Source: Candidatus Moraniibacteriota bacterium | GTDB lineage: Bacteria > Patescibacteriota > Minisyncoccia > Moranbacterales > GCA-2747515 | NCBI GenBank assembly: GCA_046116545.1 | Contig: CP175956.1 | Coordinates: 385,734-449,733, forward strand | Length of the DNA: 64,000 bases | Direction of reading: 5' to 3' | Shown here: positions 18,890-30,225 of the stretch, in pieces | Numbering within the stretch: the stretch's first letter is position 1 | Layout of the letters: the number at the start of each line of letters is the position of its first letter | Made by a program: the position numbers and the translations under genes | The notes under the pieces: model-generated | Databases searched by the model: none | The model's input: the letters and a program-made list of their open reading frames with translations, nothing else | Told to the model about the DNA's origin: nothing

Positions 18890-20560
18890 CTACCAACTCC
18901 CTCCACCACCGCCACCAAATCCACCACCCGAACCACCACCAGAGAACCCCGAACTGCCAGAAGATGCACTGGATGGTTGTGATCTCATTGTTGAACTAGT
19001 AGATTTATTAAATGATCTTAAGTCATTAGTTAACATGATAGGATTAAATGATTCTGTACCTTCATACCACTGTGGGCTACTTTTATAAATATCTTCAAAT
19101 TGTTTAGCCCATTTCTTTTCAACACCAAGTGCCATTGCATACGGCAATAACTCTTCAAAATGTTCTGGAGTTCTTTCTGGTGCATTATGAAAATTAATTC
19201 TATCTTTTTCGGCTACTTCTAGATATAACTTTAATCCAAGAATTTGCTCACGCATAATAGCACCTTTTTTTGTTCTTTTTGGCATAAAAAAACCAAATCC
19301 AAATACTGGAATAGATGACATTAAAAGTGCCACACCCGCTGCTTCACTAAAGATTGCTGATACAAAGAATGAACCAACAAACATAAACCAACCACCTGTC
19401 ATATATGCTCCTTTTACTATTTTTGGATTCTTCACATAATAGCCTTTTTCTACTATATTATTTAAAACTTCATTCACAGCTCTATCAAAATCAACATAAA
19501 ATTTATTTTTTAAAGACGAAGCTTTCACTTCTGTGCTTAGTCCATCAAAAATACCCTTATATAATATCTTTTCTTCTTCTTTTAATAGATAAGATGTATC
19601 TTCAGTTTTTATAAAAATATACTCACCCATTGTCTTACGAATATGCATTCTATTGTACACAGCTAGATTTATTATTGCTGCTGAGATGTCTCTAGAATGT
19701 ACTTTTTCATCTACAATCATTCCAATTTCAGCTGGAGATAGATTTTCTGGTGATTTGTAAAATGGAATAATTGTACCACGACCCTTTGGATCCTTGCCAT
19801 ATTTCCACCACCTACGCCACATCCAATAAAACACAATAAATGGCACAGCAATAATCCAATTGTCACCAATAAACCATATAATTTGTGCTAATACTGATGG
19901 TTTTTCTATCGTGCCCAACGGCATCCCAACTACAATAGTCATTCCTTCAGTAAGTGAAATATTATCATGTGTAAATTGTGTTGTATTTTTACCAATGTTT
20001 TCATATATTTCACCAACAGACTCACACGGATTATTTTCTCCATAATACCCAGCAAAACAACGAGTATCATTTATTATAGGAGCAACTACATTTACATTTA
20101 TATTATTCAGCCCAATCTCCCACCTATCTCCAGTTACATTCCAATATAATTCCTCATGATCTTTAAAATAATTTATAGCACCATCAACTGTATATTTAAT
20201 TTTATATACTTGTTGACCAGTTACATATTTATCAGCATCTCCAATTTTTAATTTTATATTTCCTCCTGTAGCACTTTTTGCAAATGTTCTTTCCTGTCCC
20301 TGTTCATCCACAACTGAAATTTTTGACAGTTTAATTGATCTGTTATTACCTTTATCCGTTTTATATTTCACTGGGATTGTTCTGTATATTCCATGTTTTT
20401 CCAAATCACCAAACTCATACACAATTGTTTCTGTAACATCAATCGTAGCATCTTCATTAATAGCTAAGTCAACGTCAAATTGTGAAATATTTTCTGCCGA
20501 AGCCACTAAAGCAACACAAAAAATAATACTACTAAAAAGTCCAAAGAATATTTTTTTCAT
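18890..20560 (-). CDS. DUF2207-family membrane protein with C-terminal Gly-rich tail
   Basis: signal peptide, large extracytoplasmic N-domain, TM segments (IIWFIGDNWIIAVPFIVFYWMW; GGWFMFVGSFFVSAIF), tail SGSSGFSGGGSGGGFGGGGGGSW characteristic of DUF2207 proteins. Confidence 0.5.
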   Translation of the reverse strand: MKKIFFGLFSSIIFCVALVASAENISQFDVDLAINEDATIDVTETIVYEFGDLEKHGIYRTIPVKYKTDKGNNRSIKLSKISVVDEQGQERTFAKSATGGNIKLKIGDADKYVTGQQVYKIKYTVDGAINYFKDHEELYWNVTGDRWEIGLNNINVNVVAPIINDTRCFAGYYGENNPCESVGEIYENIGKNTTQFTHDNISLTEGMTIVVGMPLGTIEKPSVLAQIIWFIGDNWIIAVPFIVFYWMWRRWWKYGKDPKGRGTIIPFYKSPENLSPAEIGMIVDEKVHSRDISAAIINLAVYNRMHIRKTMGEYIFIKTEDTSYLLKEEEKILYKGIFDGLSTEVKASSLKNKFYVDFDRAVNEVLNNIVEKGYYVKNPKIVKGAYMTGGWFMFVGSFFVSAIFSEAAGVALLMSSIPVFGFGFFMPKRTKKGAIMREQILGLKLYLEVAEKDRINFHNAPERTPEHFEELLPYAMALGVEKKWAKQFEDIYKSSPQWYEGTESFNPIMLTNDLRSFNKSTSSTMRSQPSSASSGSSGFSGGGSGGGFGGGGGGSW

Positions 20561-20596
20561 ATAAATACTGTTAATTAATATTTATATTATACACCA

Positions 20597-21790
20597 TCAC
20601 AGCAAATCTGTTTTTTCTCGTAATTGTTTGTGATAATTAATAGCAAATCTATGAGCCTCTTCTCTTAAGTTTTCTATTAATACTTTATCTTTAAGTAATT
20701 CATCAGAAACATCGACTAACTCACTTTTGTAAATATCAAGTTTCTTGCGAGTTGGTCCTTTTGCTACTGCTGCTACTGGAATTTTAATATTTAACTTTTG
20801 CCACAAATCATCTGCCATATTGATATGACCTTTTCCCCCATCCAATATTATTAAATCTGGAGCACCCCAATCATCCAAATGATTCAATCGTCTTGCCAGA
20901 ACCTCACGCATCGCTCCGACATCATTTATTCCCTCAATAGATTGCACTTTGAATTTTCTGTATTTAGCTGTATCAATAGATCCATCTATTGATACGACCA
21001 TTGATGCTACCATGTGCTCACCACTTATATGAGAAATATCATATGCTTCAATTCTTGTATTTGTTTTTTGAAGTAATTTATTTTCTTCTTTTTTAATAAG
21101 AGCAATATCCTGAATATGCTCCAATGCAAAAATTTGTCGTTTTACCTTGTCGGCTTTTTCAAATTCTTCTTCTTTAGCCCACTGCTTCATTTCCTTATTT
21201 AAATTTTTTAATAACTTCTTCTTTCTTCCAGATAAAAAGAAAGAAATATTTCTCATATTTTTTTTATATTCTTCAAGCGTAATTGCATCAGCATAAGGAC
21301 CTGGACAAAGTCCTATTTGATATGAAAGACAGCCTTTTTCACTCTTTTCAGCTCTATTATGAAATGGAAATATCTTACGAATAATTTTTAAAGCTATCCG
21401 CATCTGATCACGAGAAGTATATGGACCAAATATTTTCCCTCTTTTATAAATTGATGTCTGAAATTTTTCTTTATCAAAATCTGTTTTGTGCATTATCAAA
21501 ACACGCGCAAACTCTTCATACGTAATAACAAAATAAGAAAAACTCTTATCGTCCTTCCCTTCAATATTGTATTTTGGTTGATACTGTTTAATAAGTTCGG
21601 CCTCCAGTAACAATGCCTCAATCACACTGTCAGTTTCTACAATCTCAACATCAGAAGACTCTAAAACTAACCTCTCAATCCGCTCACCTCTAGTATCCTG
21701 ACCACTAAAATATTGCCTAACTCTATCACGGAGACTTGTAGCCTTCCCCACATACAAAACAGTTTTTTGCACATCCAAAAACTTGTACAC
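20597..21790 (-). CDS. uvrC: UvrC-like excinuclease (GIY-YIG + RNaseH-like endonuclease domains; lacks C-terminal HhH region), GTG start
   Basis: GIY-YIG: (P)GVYKFLD..VLYVGKATSLRDRVRQYF; endonuclease domain RIEAYDISHISGEHMVASMVV; only 397 aa vs ~600 for canonical UvrC; start codon at 21788-21790 is GTG and in-frame upstream ENFPKTPG suggests the N-terminus may extend. Confidence 0.6.
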   Translation of the reverse strand: MYKFLDVQKTVLYVGKATSLRDRVRQYFSGQDTRGERIERLVLESSDVEIVETDSVIEALLLEAELIKQYQPKYNIEGKDDKSFSYFVITYEEFARVLIMHKTDFDKEKFQTSIYKRGKIFGPYTSRDQMRIALKIIRKIFPFHNRAEKSEKGCLSYQIGLCPGPYADAITLEEYKKNMRNISFFLSGRKKKLLKNLNKEMKQWAKEEEFEKADKVKRQIFALEHIQDIALIKKEENKLLQKTNTRIEAYDISHISGEHMVASMVVSIDGSIDTAKYRKFKVQSIEGINDVGAMREVLARRLNHLDDWGAPDLIILDGGKGHINMADDLWQKLNIKIPVAAVAKGPTRKKLDIYKSELVDVSDELLKDKVLIENLREEAHRFAINYHKQLREKTDLL

Positions 21791-21940
21791 ACCTGGTGTT
21801 TTGGGAAAATTTTCAAGTTTTCTATATAATTTTGATATAATATATTTTTAAAAAATATTGACTTTCTATAAATTTGAGCATAACATACTTCAGAGCACTT
21901 TAACATATATGATTTTTATATATTCAACATAAGCTTTTTC

Positions 21941-22531
21941 TTGAAAGGAGATTTTGATATGACTTTACAAAGTTATTTTAACACACGCATTATTGAAGCC
22001 CTGATTTCAAAAGATGGTAAATTCTGTAAAGTTTTTTTCAACATTAATGGATTTATAATTATAAAATATTATTCAATTTCTTATAATGAATGTTACGAGA
22101 TTACACAATCAAAAAAAATACAAGATATTGAAATAATATTACTGCGCAACTGTATATCATTCTGTAACTCACTTTTCATTGAATGTGGTGATATTTTATA
22201 CATCGCCAGAAAAAGAATTTTACGAAGAAAATTATCTGCTATTTTATATACCATTTTGCGCACTGATACAACTAAGGATTGTTTACGTGGACCTGCATTC
22301 GCAATAGCGCATACTATTAATTTCTATCTTAAAGATATAGACTGTATTGATAGTGCTGATATAAAATATATTGTAAAAAGATTATTACAAAGAAAGCGTT
22401 CACCATCACCAGAAGAAACTCTTGTCAAATTGACTGTCCTAACTAAATTAGCTAATTCCATGAAATTTAGCGGGACTCAGTGTTTTATATTTCAAACACA
22501 TAAACATATTGAAAAATTAACATATTTTTAA
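21941..22531 (+). CDS. hypothetical protein
   Basis: 196-aa ORF followed by a clean terminator; no recognisable motifs. Confidence 0.35.
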   Translation: MKGDFDMTLQSYFNTRIIEALISKDGKFCKVFFNINGFIIIKYYSISYNECYEITQSKKIQDIEIILLRNCISFCNSLFIECGDILYIARKRILRRKLSAILYTILRTDTTKDCLRGPAFAIAHTINFYLKDIDCIDSADIKYIVKRLLQRKRSPSPEETLVKLTVLTKLANSMKFSGTQCFIFQTHKHIEKLTYF

Positions 22532-22535
22532 TCGA

Positions 22536-22575
22536 AAAACCGACTTTATTTATACAAATAAAGTCGGTTTTAAAT
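22536..22575 (+). terminator. intrinsic terminator
   Basis: aaaaccgactttattt-atacaa-ataaagtcggtttt. Confidence 0.65.
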
Positions 22576-22626
22576 TTCTATTTTTTTAACATTTGTCATG
22601 CCTACACCGACAGGAATTCTCTAAAT

Positions 22627-24078
22627 TTATTTACCCAAATCTAATTCTTCACTAATTCCAATTTGATCTAAGAATGATTGTACGTGACTTACTACTATCA
22701 TTGCACCTTCATATTCTTTCAATGCTTTAGCAATGACTGGTATATGACGAAAGTTAATATGATTTGTTGGCTCATCAAGTATGAGAAGTCCAGGCTCAAG
22801 TAGAACTAGTTGTGCAAATGCTACAAGTCCTTTTTGTCCTTCTGACAAACTTCCAATTTTTGCATCCATTACATCTCTACCAAGTAAAAACATACTTGCA
22901 ACTGAACGCATTTTTTCTTCACTTTCAATTTGCATTACATTTATAAGTGCATTAAATACTGTATCGTCAAAATTCAATGTTGAAAAATCTTGTCTATAAT
23001 ATCCCACTCGCACTTCATCCAAGATAGTAGCTCCTTCTGTATTATTTTCAGCCAATCTTTCTAACAATGTTGTCTTGCCTATTCCATTGGGACCTTTTAA
23101 TAATAAATGCTCTCTTTTTCTCAAAATTATATTTACTTGCTTTTCTGTTGGTTCATGATTTTTCATTACATTTACAGAAGTGATTGTGATGACATTTCCT
23201 ACAAAATCAGATTGTGCTGGAATTGTAAAATTACGAATAGTCTTATCCTCCTGACGAACATCAACTTTGTCCTCTTCCATTTGCTCAATCTCATCGCGCA
23301 TCTTTTTTGCAACTAATCGCATTTTACCTCCCTTATTTGCAAAATAGTTCATTTTTTCCTTATTATCCTTAATCTTTTTTGCAAATTGTGCATTTTTCAT
23401 ATTTTCTCTCTCAATCTGAGCTTTAATATCCTCTACTACAACATAATAATCACCTACGTACTGTTCAATTTTATGTGTAAATACATCTAAATACAAAACT
23501 CCATCTGTAAACATATTCAAAAAATCAGCATCATGAGAGATTACAACACAAGTCTTTTCATACATCATGAGAAATGTAAGTAAATGTCCCACACCGTCAT
23601 CATCTAAATTATTTGTAGGTTCATCTAAAAGTAAAATATCTGGATCTTGAATAAGAGCAGAAGCAAGAAGAAGTCGCGCTTGCTGTCCTCCTGAAAAGGC
23701 AGATAGCAATTTATCTTCTGGCAATGAAAGATTTACAGCCTTCATCACTTCCTCAATATTTCGATCTAAATCATAATCTTCTCCTGTGAAATAAATATCA
23801 AAAAACTCACGAAGATTTAATTTCATTTGTTCCCGAGGAATGACTTGCTGTGCACATGCAACTGTTTGTCCATCGTCAATATAAATATGTCCAGTTGTTG
23901 GTTTTGTCTTTCCCATTAAAAGATTGAAAAGTGAAGTTTTACCTGCACCATTTTGTCCCATTAGAGCAACTTTAAGCCCCTTTCGCAAAGCAAATGATGC
24001 CTCGTTAAGAATTACTTTTCCATTATCATATTCAAAATCAACATCACTAAAGCGAATTGCTACATCATTTTTTGCCAT
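22627..24078 (-). CDS. ABC-F family ATPase (two tandem ABC cassettes, no TMD)
   Basis: two Walker A motifs (GQNGAGKTS; GPNGIGKTT), two LSGGQ signatures (FSGGQQARLLLA; LSEGQKGLVAFA), two Walker B/D-loop (LLLDEPTNNLD; LILDEPTNHIN). Confidence 0.75.
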   Translation of the reverse strand: MAKNDVAIRFSDVDFEYDNGKVILNEASFALRKGLKVALMGQNGAGKTSLFNLLMGKTKPTTGHIYIDDGQTVACAQQVIPREQMKLNLREFFDIYFTGEDYDLDRNIEEVMKAVNLSLPEDKLLSAFSGGQQARLLLASALIQDPDILLLDEPTNNLDDDGVGHLLTFLMMYEKTCVVISHDADFLNMFTDGVLYLDVFTHKIEQYVGDYYVVVEDIKAQIERENMKNAQFAKKIKDNKEKMNYFANKGGKMRLVAKKMRDEIEQMEEDKVDVRQEDKTIRNFTIPAQSDFVGNVITITSVNVMKNHEPTEKQVNIILRKREHLLLKGPNGIGKTTLLERLAENNTEGATILDEVRVGYYRQDFSTLNFDDTVFNALINVMQIESEEKMRSVASMFLLGRDVMDAKIGSLSEGQKGLVAFAQLVLLEPGLLILDEPTNHINFRHIPVIAKALKEYEGAMIVVSHVQSFLDQIGISEELDLGK

Positions 24079-24111
24079 ATTTTTTTAGTTTAAAAGTTTG
24101 TAAAATTATTG

Positions 24112-24218
24112 CATCATTGCGAGTACTACCACATCTTTACCACACAGCGAAGCAATCTCGTTAAGAACATTTATTTACTTACTAAGCTTACTTCGTCGTA
24201 CCTCCTCGCAAAGACAAA
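24112..24218. repeat. MITE/REP-like intergenic element (TGTCATT-family; long-range inverted repeat gaggaggtacgacgaag/cttcgtcgtacctcctc)
   Basis: tcattgcgag...cgaagcaatctcg ... cttcgtcgtacctcctcgcaaagacaa; same arms found at 34263-34300 and 52652-52748. Confidence 0.6.
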
Positions 24219-24387
24219 ACACACTGAACATCTAGCATACATCAAAAATAATGTTTTTGCAATCATTATTTAAGGCTATGTTGCTACGTAACAAGTGCTT
24301 ATTTTTTCTTCAAAACTTCTTTCAAGTATTTTGGGCACATTTAATAATTTTCACTGTAGAGAATCCTAGTTTGTACCTAAATAAAAA

Positions 24388-24723
24388 CTAATTAGCCAGA
24401 AAATCAGAATGTATTTCAACGTAACCAGGCCATGTCTGCTCACAGATATAACCATACGGCTTTGATTTCAAATCAATTTCACACTTATAACCACATTCGT
24501 AAGGATGTCCCGAGAAAGCACCTTTATTGAAATGTGCTGCTTTTACACACTCTTCATAACTTGAATACTGATCAATTACCTTTAATGAAGAAAGATTAGT
24601 TGGAATATTTTTACCATCAACAAGAAGAGATGACCTTGAATCAATGAACAAAGACCATTTTTTTTTCCGAACTAGTACATCCAGTAAAAAATAAAATAAC
24701 AACTAACAAAAAAATATATTTAT
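24388..24723 (-). CDS. small lipoprotein, interrupted by +1 frameshift in A9 run (24646-24654)
   Basis: ATG at 24721-24723 gives MQYKYIFLLVVILFFTGCTSSEKK (lipobox LFFTGC) then stop; ORF-track frame continues WSLFIDSRSS...; an A8 run would read SEKKWSLFIDS in frame. Confidence 0.4.
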
Positions 24724-24849
24724 ATTGCATTTCTTTCTATTATAATTTATTTTTACAAAAATAACATTTTGTATTTTCATTGTATCATATGAAAAAAAAC
24801 TTTCCCAATAAATATCTTATGGGATTTAGTATTACTGAAAAAATTTGTA

Positions 24850-27708
24850 TTATTTTTTCTTCAAAACTTCTTTCAAATATTTTGCAGTATAAGATTCTTT
24901 GTGATACTTAATAACTTCTTCTGGTGCTCCAGCTACAATTACCTTCCCACCACCTACACCACCTTCTGGACCCATGTCTATTATCCAGTCTGCTGATTTT
25001 ATTACGTCCATGTTGTGTTCTATTACTACGACGCTATTTCCTTTATCTACAAGTCTTTTGAGTACATTTAATAGTTTTGCTACGTCTTCAAAATGTAGTC
25101 CTGTTGTTGGTTCATCTAGTACATACAAAGTTTTACCTGTTGCTTTTTTGGCAAGTTCCGTAGCAAGCTTTACCCTCTGAGCTTCTCCTCCTGACAGAGT
25201 TGTTGCACTTTGACCGAGGTGGATGTAGCCTAATCCTACATCTTGCAAAGTTTTTACTATATTATAAATTGCTGGATATGCTTCAAAAAATTCCACTGAT
25301 TCATTTACTGTCATATCTAAAACTTCAGCAATATTTTTATCTCGATATTTTATCTGCAATGTTTCGCTATTATATCTCTTGCTACGACAAACATCACATG
25401 GCAAAAATACGTCTGCCATAAATTGCATCTCAATCTTCAGATACCCATCACCACTACAATTATCACATCTTCCACCTTTAACATTAAAACTAAATCGTCC
25501 AGGTTTATATCCACGAGCTTTAGCTGCTTTTGTATTTGAAAATATTTCTCGTATTGGAGTAAATAATCCTGTGTAAGTTGCTGAATTTGAACGAGGTGTT
25601 CTACCTATTGGACTTTGATCTATCATTATCACTTTATCCAAATATTCAAGTCCTAGTATTTCTTTATGTTTACCTGGTCTCGTAACACTTCTCATCAACT
25701 TGTTTGCAGCGCCTTTATATAAAATATCCTCTACAAGTGTTGATTTACCACTACCTGACACACCTGTCACAACAGTCATCATGCCAAGCGGAAACTCAGC
25801 AGTTATCCCTCGTAAATTATTTTCTCTTGCTCCACGCACTGTTAATATTTTTTTACCTTTAATATTATGACGAACTTCTGGCACTTCTATAAATTTTTCT
25901 CCTCTTAGATATTGTGCTGTGAGTGATTTCTTATTTTCTATCACTTTTTCTGGCGTATCTGCAGCTACTATCTGACCACCACGACGCCCAGCACCTGGAC
26001 CAATATCCACCAAAAAATCAGATGCTCGCATGGTTTCTTCATCATGCTCGATTACTAGAACTGTATTGCCCAAATCTCTAAGATATAATAATGTTTCAAG
26101 TAATTTAGCATTATCACGAGCATGCAGTCCAATTGATGGCTCATCAAGAATATACAAAACACCAACTAACTGTGAACCAATTTGACTAGCAAGTCTTATC
26201 CTCTGTGCTTCTCCACCTGATAGTGTATGTGCACTCCGTGAAAGTGTCAGATATCCGAGTCCCACTTTATCTAAAAAGCTCAGTCTTGAAATTACTTCTT
26301 TGATAATTCTATCTCCTATAATTTTTTCTTGTGTATTTAGTTTTAATTTCTCAAAAAACTTTACAGTATCGGTAATTGTCATTTGAGAAACATCATTAAC
26401 ATTTTTTCCACCAACTCTAATCCAGCTTACTTCTTTTTTATATCTACTTCCTTTACACGCACTACAAGGTTTACGAGACATATATTGTTCTATGTCTTTA
26501 CGTACATTATCAGATTCTGATCTTTTATATCTATCCTCAAGAAATCCTACGATTCCTTCCCACTTAATATTAAACTTCCAAGTGCTTCCTCTCTTGCTAC
26601 GCAAGCTAATTGCAATTTCATCTGGATCTTCGTCTCCATAAATCAAAATATCAAACTCTCTATCAGTTAAATCTGAAAGTCGTTTATTATCAGGTATGTG
26701 ATAATGCTGCAAAACTGCATGAAAAATCGCACCATAATATGAATTTGATTTTTTATTGCTCCAAGGTAAAACACCTCCCTGAGCTATTGTTTTGTTCAAA
26801 TCTGGCACAGCTAAATTATAATCAATTTCCTTTTTTGTTCCCAATCCTTCACAGGCCGTACAAGCTCCATATGGAGAATTAAAACTAAAGAGTCTTGGTT
26901 CTAAATCTGGAAATTCAATCTCTGGGTGATCCGGGCATGCAAACTTTTGATTGAAAGTTTGTATATTTTTTCCAGTTTTCACTTGTACCAATCCATCTGC
27001 AATCTTAAGTGATATTTCCACAGCTTCAAAAATACGAGAAATATTTTCCTCAGTTGCTGTCATACTATCAACCACAATATCAATATCATGTTTTTTGTGT
27101 CTATCAAGTTTTAGTTTATCAGCCTCATCAAGATTTTGAAGTTCACCATCAATGTATGCTTCTAAAAATCCTCTATCCCAATAATCAGAAAATAATTTCA
27201 AATAGGTCCCCTTACGAGAACGCACTACGGGTGCACAAATTTCTATTTCTTTATTTTGTCCATCAATAATCTGTGAAACAATTTCATCAGTAGAAAGTAC
27301 GGCGATAGGTTCATCACATTTCGGACAATATGGTATACCAATTTTTGACCACATAAGTCTCAAATAATCATGCACTTCTGTAACTGTACCGACAGTTGAA
27401 CGAGGATTGTGTGAAGTAGTTTTTTGATCAATGCTAATAGCTGGAGAAAGTCCTTCTATCATATCTACATCAGGCTTATCCATCTGCCCAAGAAACTGCC
27501 GAGCATAGCTAGACAAACTTTCCAAGTAACGTCTCTGCCCCTCCGCAAAAATAGTGTCAAAAGCAAGCGTAGACTTCCCACTACCAGAAAGTCCCGTAAA
27601 AACCACAAAAGCATCCCGAGGAATAGTAAGATTAATATTCTTAAGGTTATGCTCTCTCGCACCTTTTATAACTATTTGATTTTTCTTATTATCTTTTTTC
27701 ATAGTCAT
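24850..27708 (-). CDS. uvrA: excinuclease ABC subunit A (UvrA)
   Basis: two ABC ATPase modules with [10 protein letters not shown] / [19 protein letters not shown](R/K)LA signatures twice, zinc-finger Cys clusters (CPKCDE..C; CDNCSGDG..C), 952 aa. Confidence 0.9.
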   Translation of the reverse strand: MTMKKDNKKNQIVIKGAREHNLKNINLTIPRDAFVVFTGLSGSGKSTLAFDTIFAEGQRRYLESLSSYARQFLGQMDKPDVDMIEGLSPAISIDQKTTSHNPRSTVGTVTEVHDYLRLMWSKIGIPYCPKCDEPIAVLSTDEIVSQIIDGQNKEIEICAPVVRSRKGTYLKLFSDYWDRGFLEAYIDGELQNLDEADKLKLDRHKKHDIDIVVDSMTATEENISRIFEAVEISLKIADGLVQVKTGKNIQTFNQKFACPDHPEIEFPDLEPRLFSFNSPYGACTACEGLGTKKEIDYNLAVPDLNKTIAQGGVLPWSNKKSNSYYGAIFHAVLQHYHIPDNKRLSDLTDREFDILIYGDEDPDEIAISLRSKRGSTWKFNIKWEGIVGFLEDRYKRSESDNVRKDIEQYMSRKPCSACKGSRYKKEVSWIRVGGKNVNDVSQMTITDTVKFFEKLKLNTQEKIIGDRIIKEVISRLSFLDKVGLGYLTLSRSAHTLSGGEAQRIRLASQIGSQLVGVLYILDEPSIGLHARDNAKLLETLLYLRDLGNTVLVIEHDEETMRASDFLVDIGPGAGRRGGQIVAADTPEKVIENKKSLTAQYLRGEKFIEVPEVRHNIKGKKILTVRGARENNLRGITAEFPLGMMTVVTGVSGSGKSTLVEDILYKGAANKLMRSVTRPGKHKEILGLEYLDKVIMIDQSPIGRTPRSNSATYTGLFTPIREIFSNTKAAKARGYKPGRFSFNVKGGRCDNCSGDGYLKIEMQFMADVFLPCDVCRSKRYNSETLQIKYRDKNIAEVLDMTVNESVEFFEAYPAIYNIVKTLQDVGLGYIHLGQSATTLSGGEAQRVKLATELAKKATGKTLYVLDEPTTGLHFEDVAKLLNVLKRLVDKGNSVVVIEHNMDVIKSADWIIDMGPEGGVGGGKVIVAGAPEEVIKYHKESYTAKYLKEVLKKK

Positions 27709-27757
27709 AATAGTATATACAAAAAATACTCATTTATCAATAGTTAACTTATTTCAA

Positions 27758-27788
27758 AATGACCCCTATATTACTATAAGGGTCATTA
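27758..27788 (-). terminator. hairpin between pepA stop and uvrA start (weak T-tract)
   Basis: aatgaccc-ctatattactata-agggtcatt. Confidence 0.4.
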
Positions 27789-27807
27789 ATTTCAAATTGT
27801 CTTTATG

Positions 27808-29202
27808 TTATTTTTGTTCTAATAAGCTCACAAGCAATCTAACTGGTGAACCTTTTGCACCTTTTGCTAGTTGTTCGTCAAAAACTGCTGTCATGGTCGG
27901 TGCTATATCTATATGCATCCAACTTTTGTGATCTTTGGCAAAATGTTTCAAGAATGCTGCAGCTGTTATTGATCCTCCATAACCTGGCTTTTGTTTTGTG
28001 TTGATGTTTGATATATCTCCATGTGTCCCTGATATTTCCACATCATACTCATCCCAAAGTGGCAACCTCCAAGCATAATCTCCTGTTTTTTCAGCTGTTT
28101 CTAATGTTTTCTGTGCTAATTCTTCATCTTGCGTAAATATAGCACTTGCCCGCTCTCCTAATGCTGCTAGAGCTGCTCCTGTAAGTGTTGCTACATCTAT
28201 AATTGTACTAGGTTTGTACATCTTTGCATAAGTAAGTGCATCTGCAAGGATAAGTCGCCCTTCGGCATCAGTGTGTCCTACTTCAACATGAGTCCCGTCC
28301 ATCATCGTTATGATATCTCCTGGACGGAAACTACTTCCGCCTGGCATATTCTCTACAACTGGTATCAATACAACAATATTTTTATTTATTTGCAATTTTG
28401 ATGCAGCCACTATAGCTGAAATTACTGCAGCAGCTCCACTCATATCCATCATCATCTCCAACCCATATGGATGTGGCTTAGTATCTATTCCACCTGTATC
28501 AAATGTTACACCCTTACCCACCAAAACAGTTGGTTTAGTAGTTGGGTTTGTCCCCGTGTATTCCAAAACTATAAATCTTGATTGAAATGAACTACCTTGT
28601 CCCACAGCCAATACTCCGTTCATCTTTTTTCTACGCATTTGTTTTTCATCTAAAACACGCATTTTAATCTTTGTTCCCTTCACTGCTTTTCTAGTTGATG
28701 CTACCAATGTTGTAGGTGTCATATCAGCTCCTGGTGTATTTGCCATGTCACGACAAAAATTAATTTGTGTTGCAATTGTCACACCCTTTCTTATATCTTG
28801 TCTCTTAAGAGTTTTGTCAGCTTTATTTGCAATTACCACAATTTCAGTTACATCTCCCCAACCTTCTTTTGGTTCTGTCTTGTATTTTGTAAACTCATAA
28901 TGTGCCATGTAAGCCGCCTCTGCAAAAGTTTGACCCAAATTTTCTCCTAAATTATCAAAATTAACTAAATCTCCCCACACAATCTCAATACGATTCATAT
29001 CATATTTCTTTGCTTCTCTTACAATTGTACGAACCAAAATAATCCACTTACGACGTGTCATATCTTCTCTCTTTGGAACTTTAACTTCCAAAGCCTCCGC
29101 TTTTCCATTTATCACAAATCTGTTCTCTCTAGCTTTTTCATTAAATATTACGCAAGTACATTTTTTGCGTGATAATTTTTTATCTACTACTGTTATTTTC
29201 AT
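27808..29202 (-). CDS. pepA: leucyl aminopeptidase (M17 family, PepA)
   Basis: NTDAEGRL signature (VGHTDAEGRLILADALTYA), VGKGVTFDTGG, 464 aa. Confidence 0.85.
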   Translation of the reverse strand: MKITVVDKKLSRKKCTCVIFNEKARENRFVINGKAEALEVKVPKREDMTRRKWIILVRTIVREAKKYDMNRIEIVWGDLVNFDNLGENLGQTFAEAAYMAHYEFTKYKTEPKEGWGDVTEIVVIANKADKTLKRQDIRKGVTIATQINFCRDMANTPGADMTPTTLVASTRKAVKGTKIKMRVLDEKQMRRKKMNGVLAVGQGSSFQSRFIVLEYTGTNPTTKPTVLVGKGVTFDTGGIDTKPHPYGLEMMMDMSGAAAVISAIVAASKLQINKNIVVLIPVVENMPGGSSFRPGDIITMMDGTHVEVGHTDAEGRLILADALTYAKMYKPSTIIDVATLTGAALAALGERASAIFTQDEELAQKTLETAEKTGDYAWRLPLWDEYDVEISGTHGDISNINTKQKPGYGGSITAAAFLKHFAKDHKSWMHIDIAPTMTAVFDEQLAKGAKGSPVRLLVSLLEQK

Positions 29203-29298
29203 AAACGTATGACTTTATGTGAATTATATGTATTTCTACTTCCATTAAAGAATCTTTTACTTGTTTAGTCAACTAAGATTTCCTCTTTTTATAAAAAA

Positions 29299-30117
29299 TT
29301 ATTTTGCAAACCAAACATCCTCAAATCCATCTTCAATAAAATATTTAATTGCTAGGGCTGATAATCCTGTTATGTGTGGATCGGACTCTTGCATTCCATT
29401 TTCAATCCAACCACCATTTACTCGTTGATGTGCGGCAATTTTTTCTATCCAGTTATATTTTATATTTTCTTTTTCTCCTGCCCAATATAACACAACCACT
29501 CTTTCTGCAAATAGATCACTAAATAAAGTATCACCTCGTTGAGCTATCTGTATATCTATAATGACAGCCTTCATTTGACCTAAAAGTATATCATCATCCA
29601 TACATTCCAAGGAATTTAGAAAAAGCAATCCTATTAAATAATGAGTATCTCCATACCCTCCCACAAAATCTCTTGCTTCTTTTAATTTTTCAAAATCAGA
29701 ATAATCATATTTTTGTATATCACAAAATAAAGCTTCTAATAGAACGTCATCTGTTGGATCAGTCATCACATTAGTATATTTTTTTTCTATACTTCCACTA
29801 TTTTTTGCATATTTAGTATCACTAATATCTAATAACCTCATAAAAGGATCTTCCTCAAAAGCATTTTTAGTACCAATAGCTGATTCTGGCCATAACCAAT
29901 TAAACATTATACGTTCATCTGTTTGAAAAGACTTTTCATAATTTACAAAATAATTTCTAGAATCTTCTAATGTATTCGCAAAATAATATTTCTTCACAGT
30001 CTTGATAAAAAAACTATTATGTTGATTGATACTAAATATTATAAAATCAACAACTAATAAAATACTAACAAATATTAGAATTATAAAAACTTTTTTATGT
30101 ATAATGTTATTTTTCAT
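29299..30117 (-). CDS. hypothetical membrane-anchored protein
   Basis: N-terminal TM (VFIILIFVSILLVVDFIIF) then 240-aa soluble domain; no family recognised. Confidence 0.4.
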   Translation of the reverse strand: MKNNIIHKKVFIILIFVSILLVVDFIIFSINQHNSFFIKTVKKYYFANTLEDSRNYFVNYEKSFQTDERIMFNWLWPESAIGTKNAFEEDPFMRLLDISDTKYAKNSGSIEKKYTNVMTDPTDDVLLEALFCDIQKYDYSDFEKLKEARDFVGGYGDTHYLIGLLFLNSLECMDDDILLGQMKAVIIDIQIAQRGDTLFSDLFAERVVVLYWAGEKENIKYNWIEKIAAHQRVNGGWIENGMQESDPHITGLSALAIKYFIEDGFEDVWFAK

Positions 30118-30225
30118 ATTTAAATAATACCAAATTTCATTAAAATTAAAAGGAGACCACTGTAATCTCCTTTACGTATTATATCTCCCATTAAATCTGT
30201 TCAATTTTGTTACATTACTAAAGTA

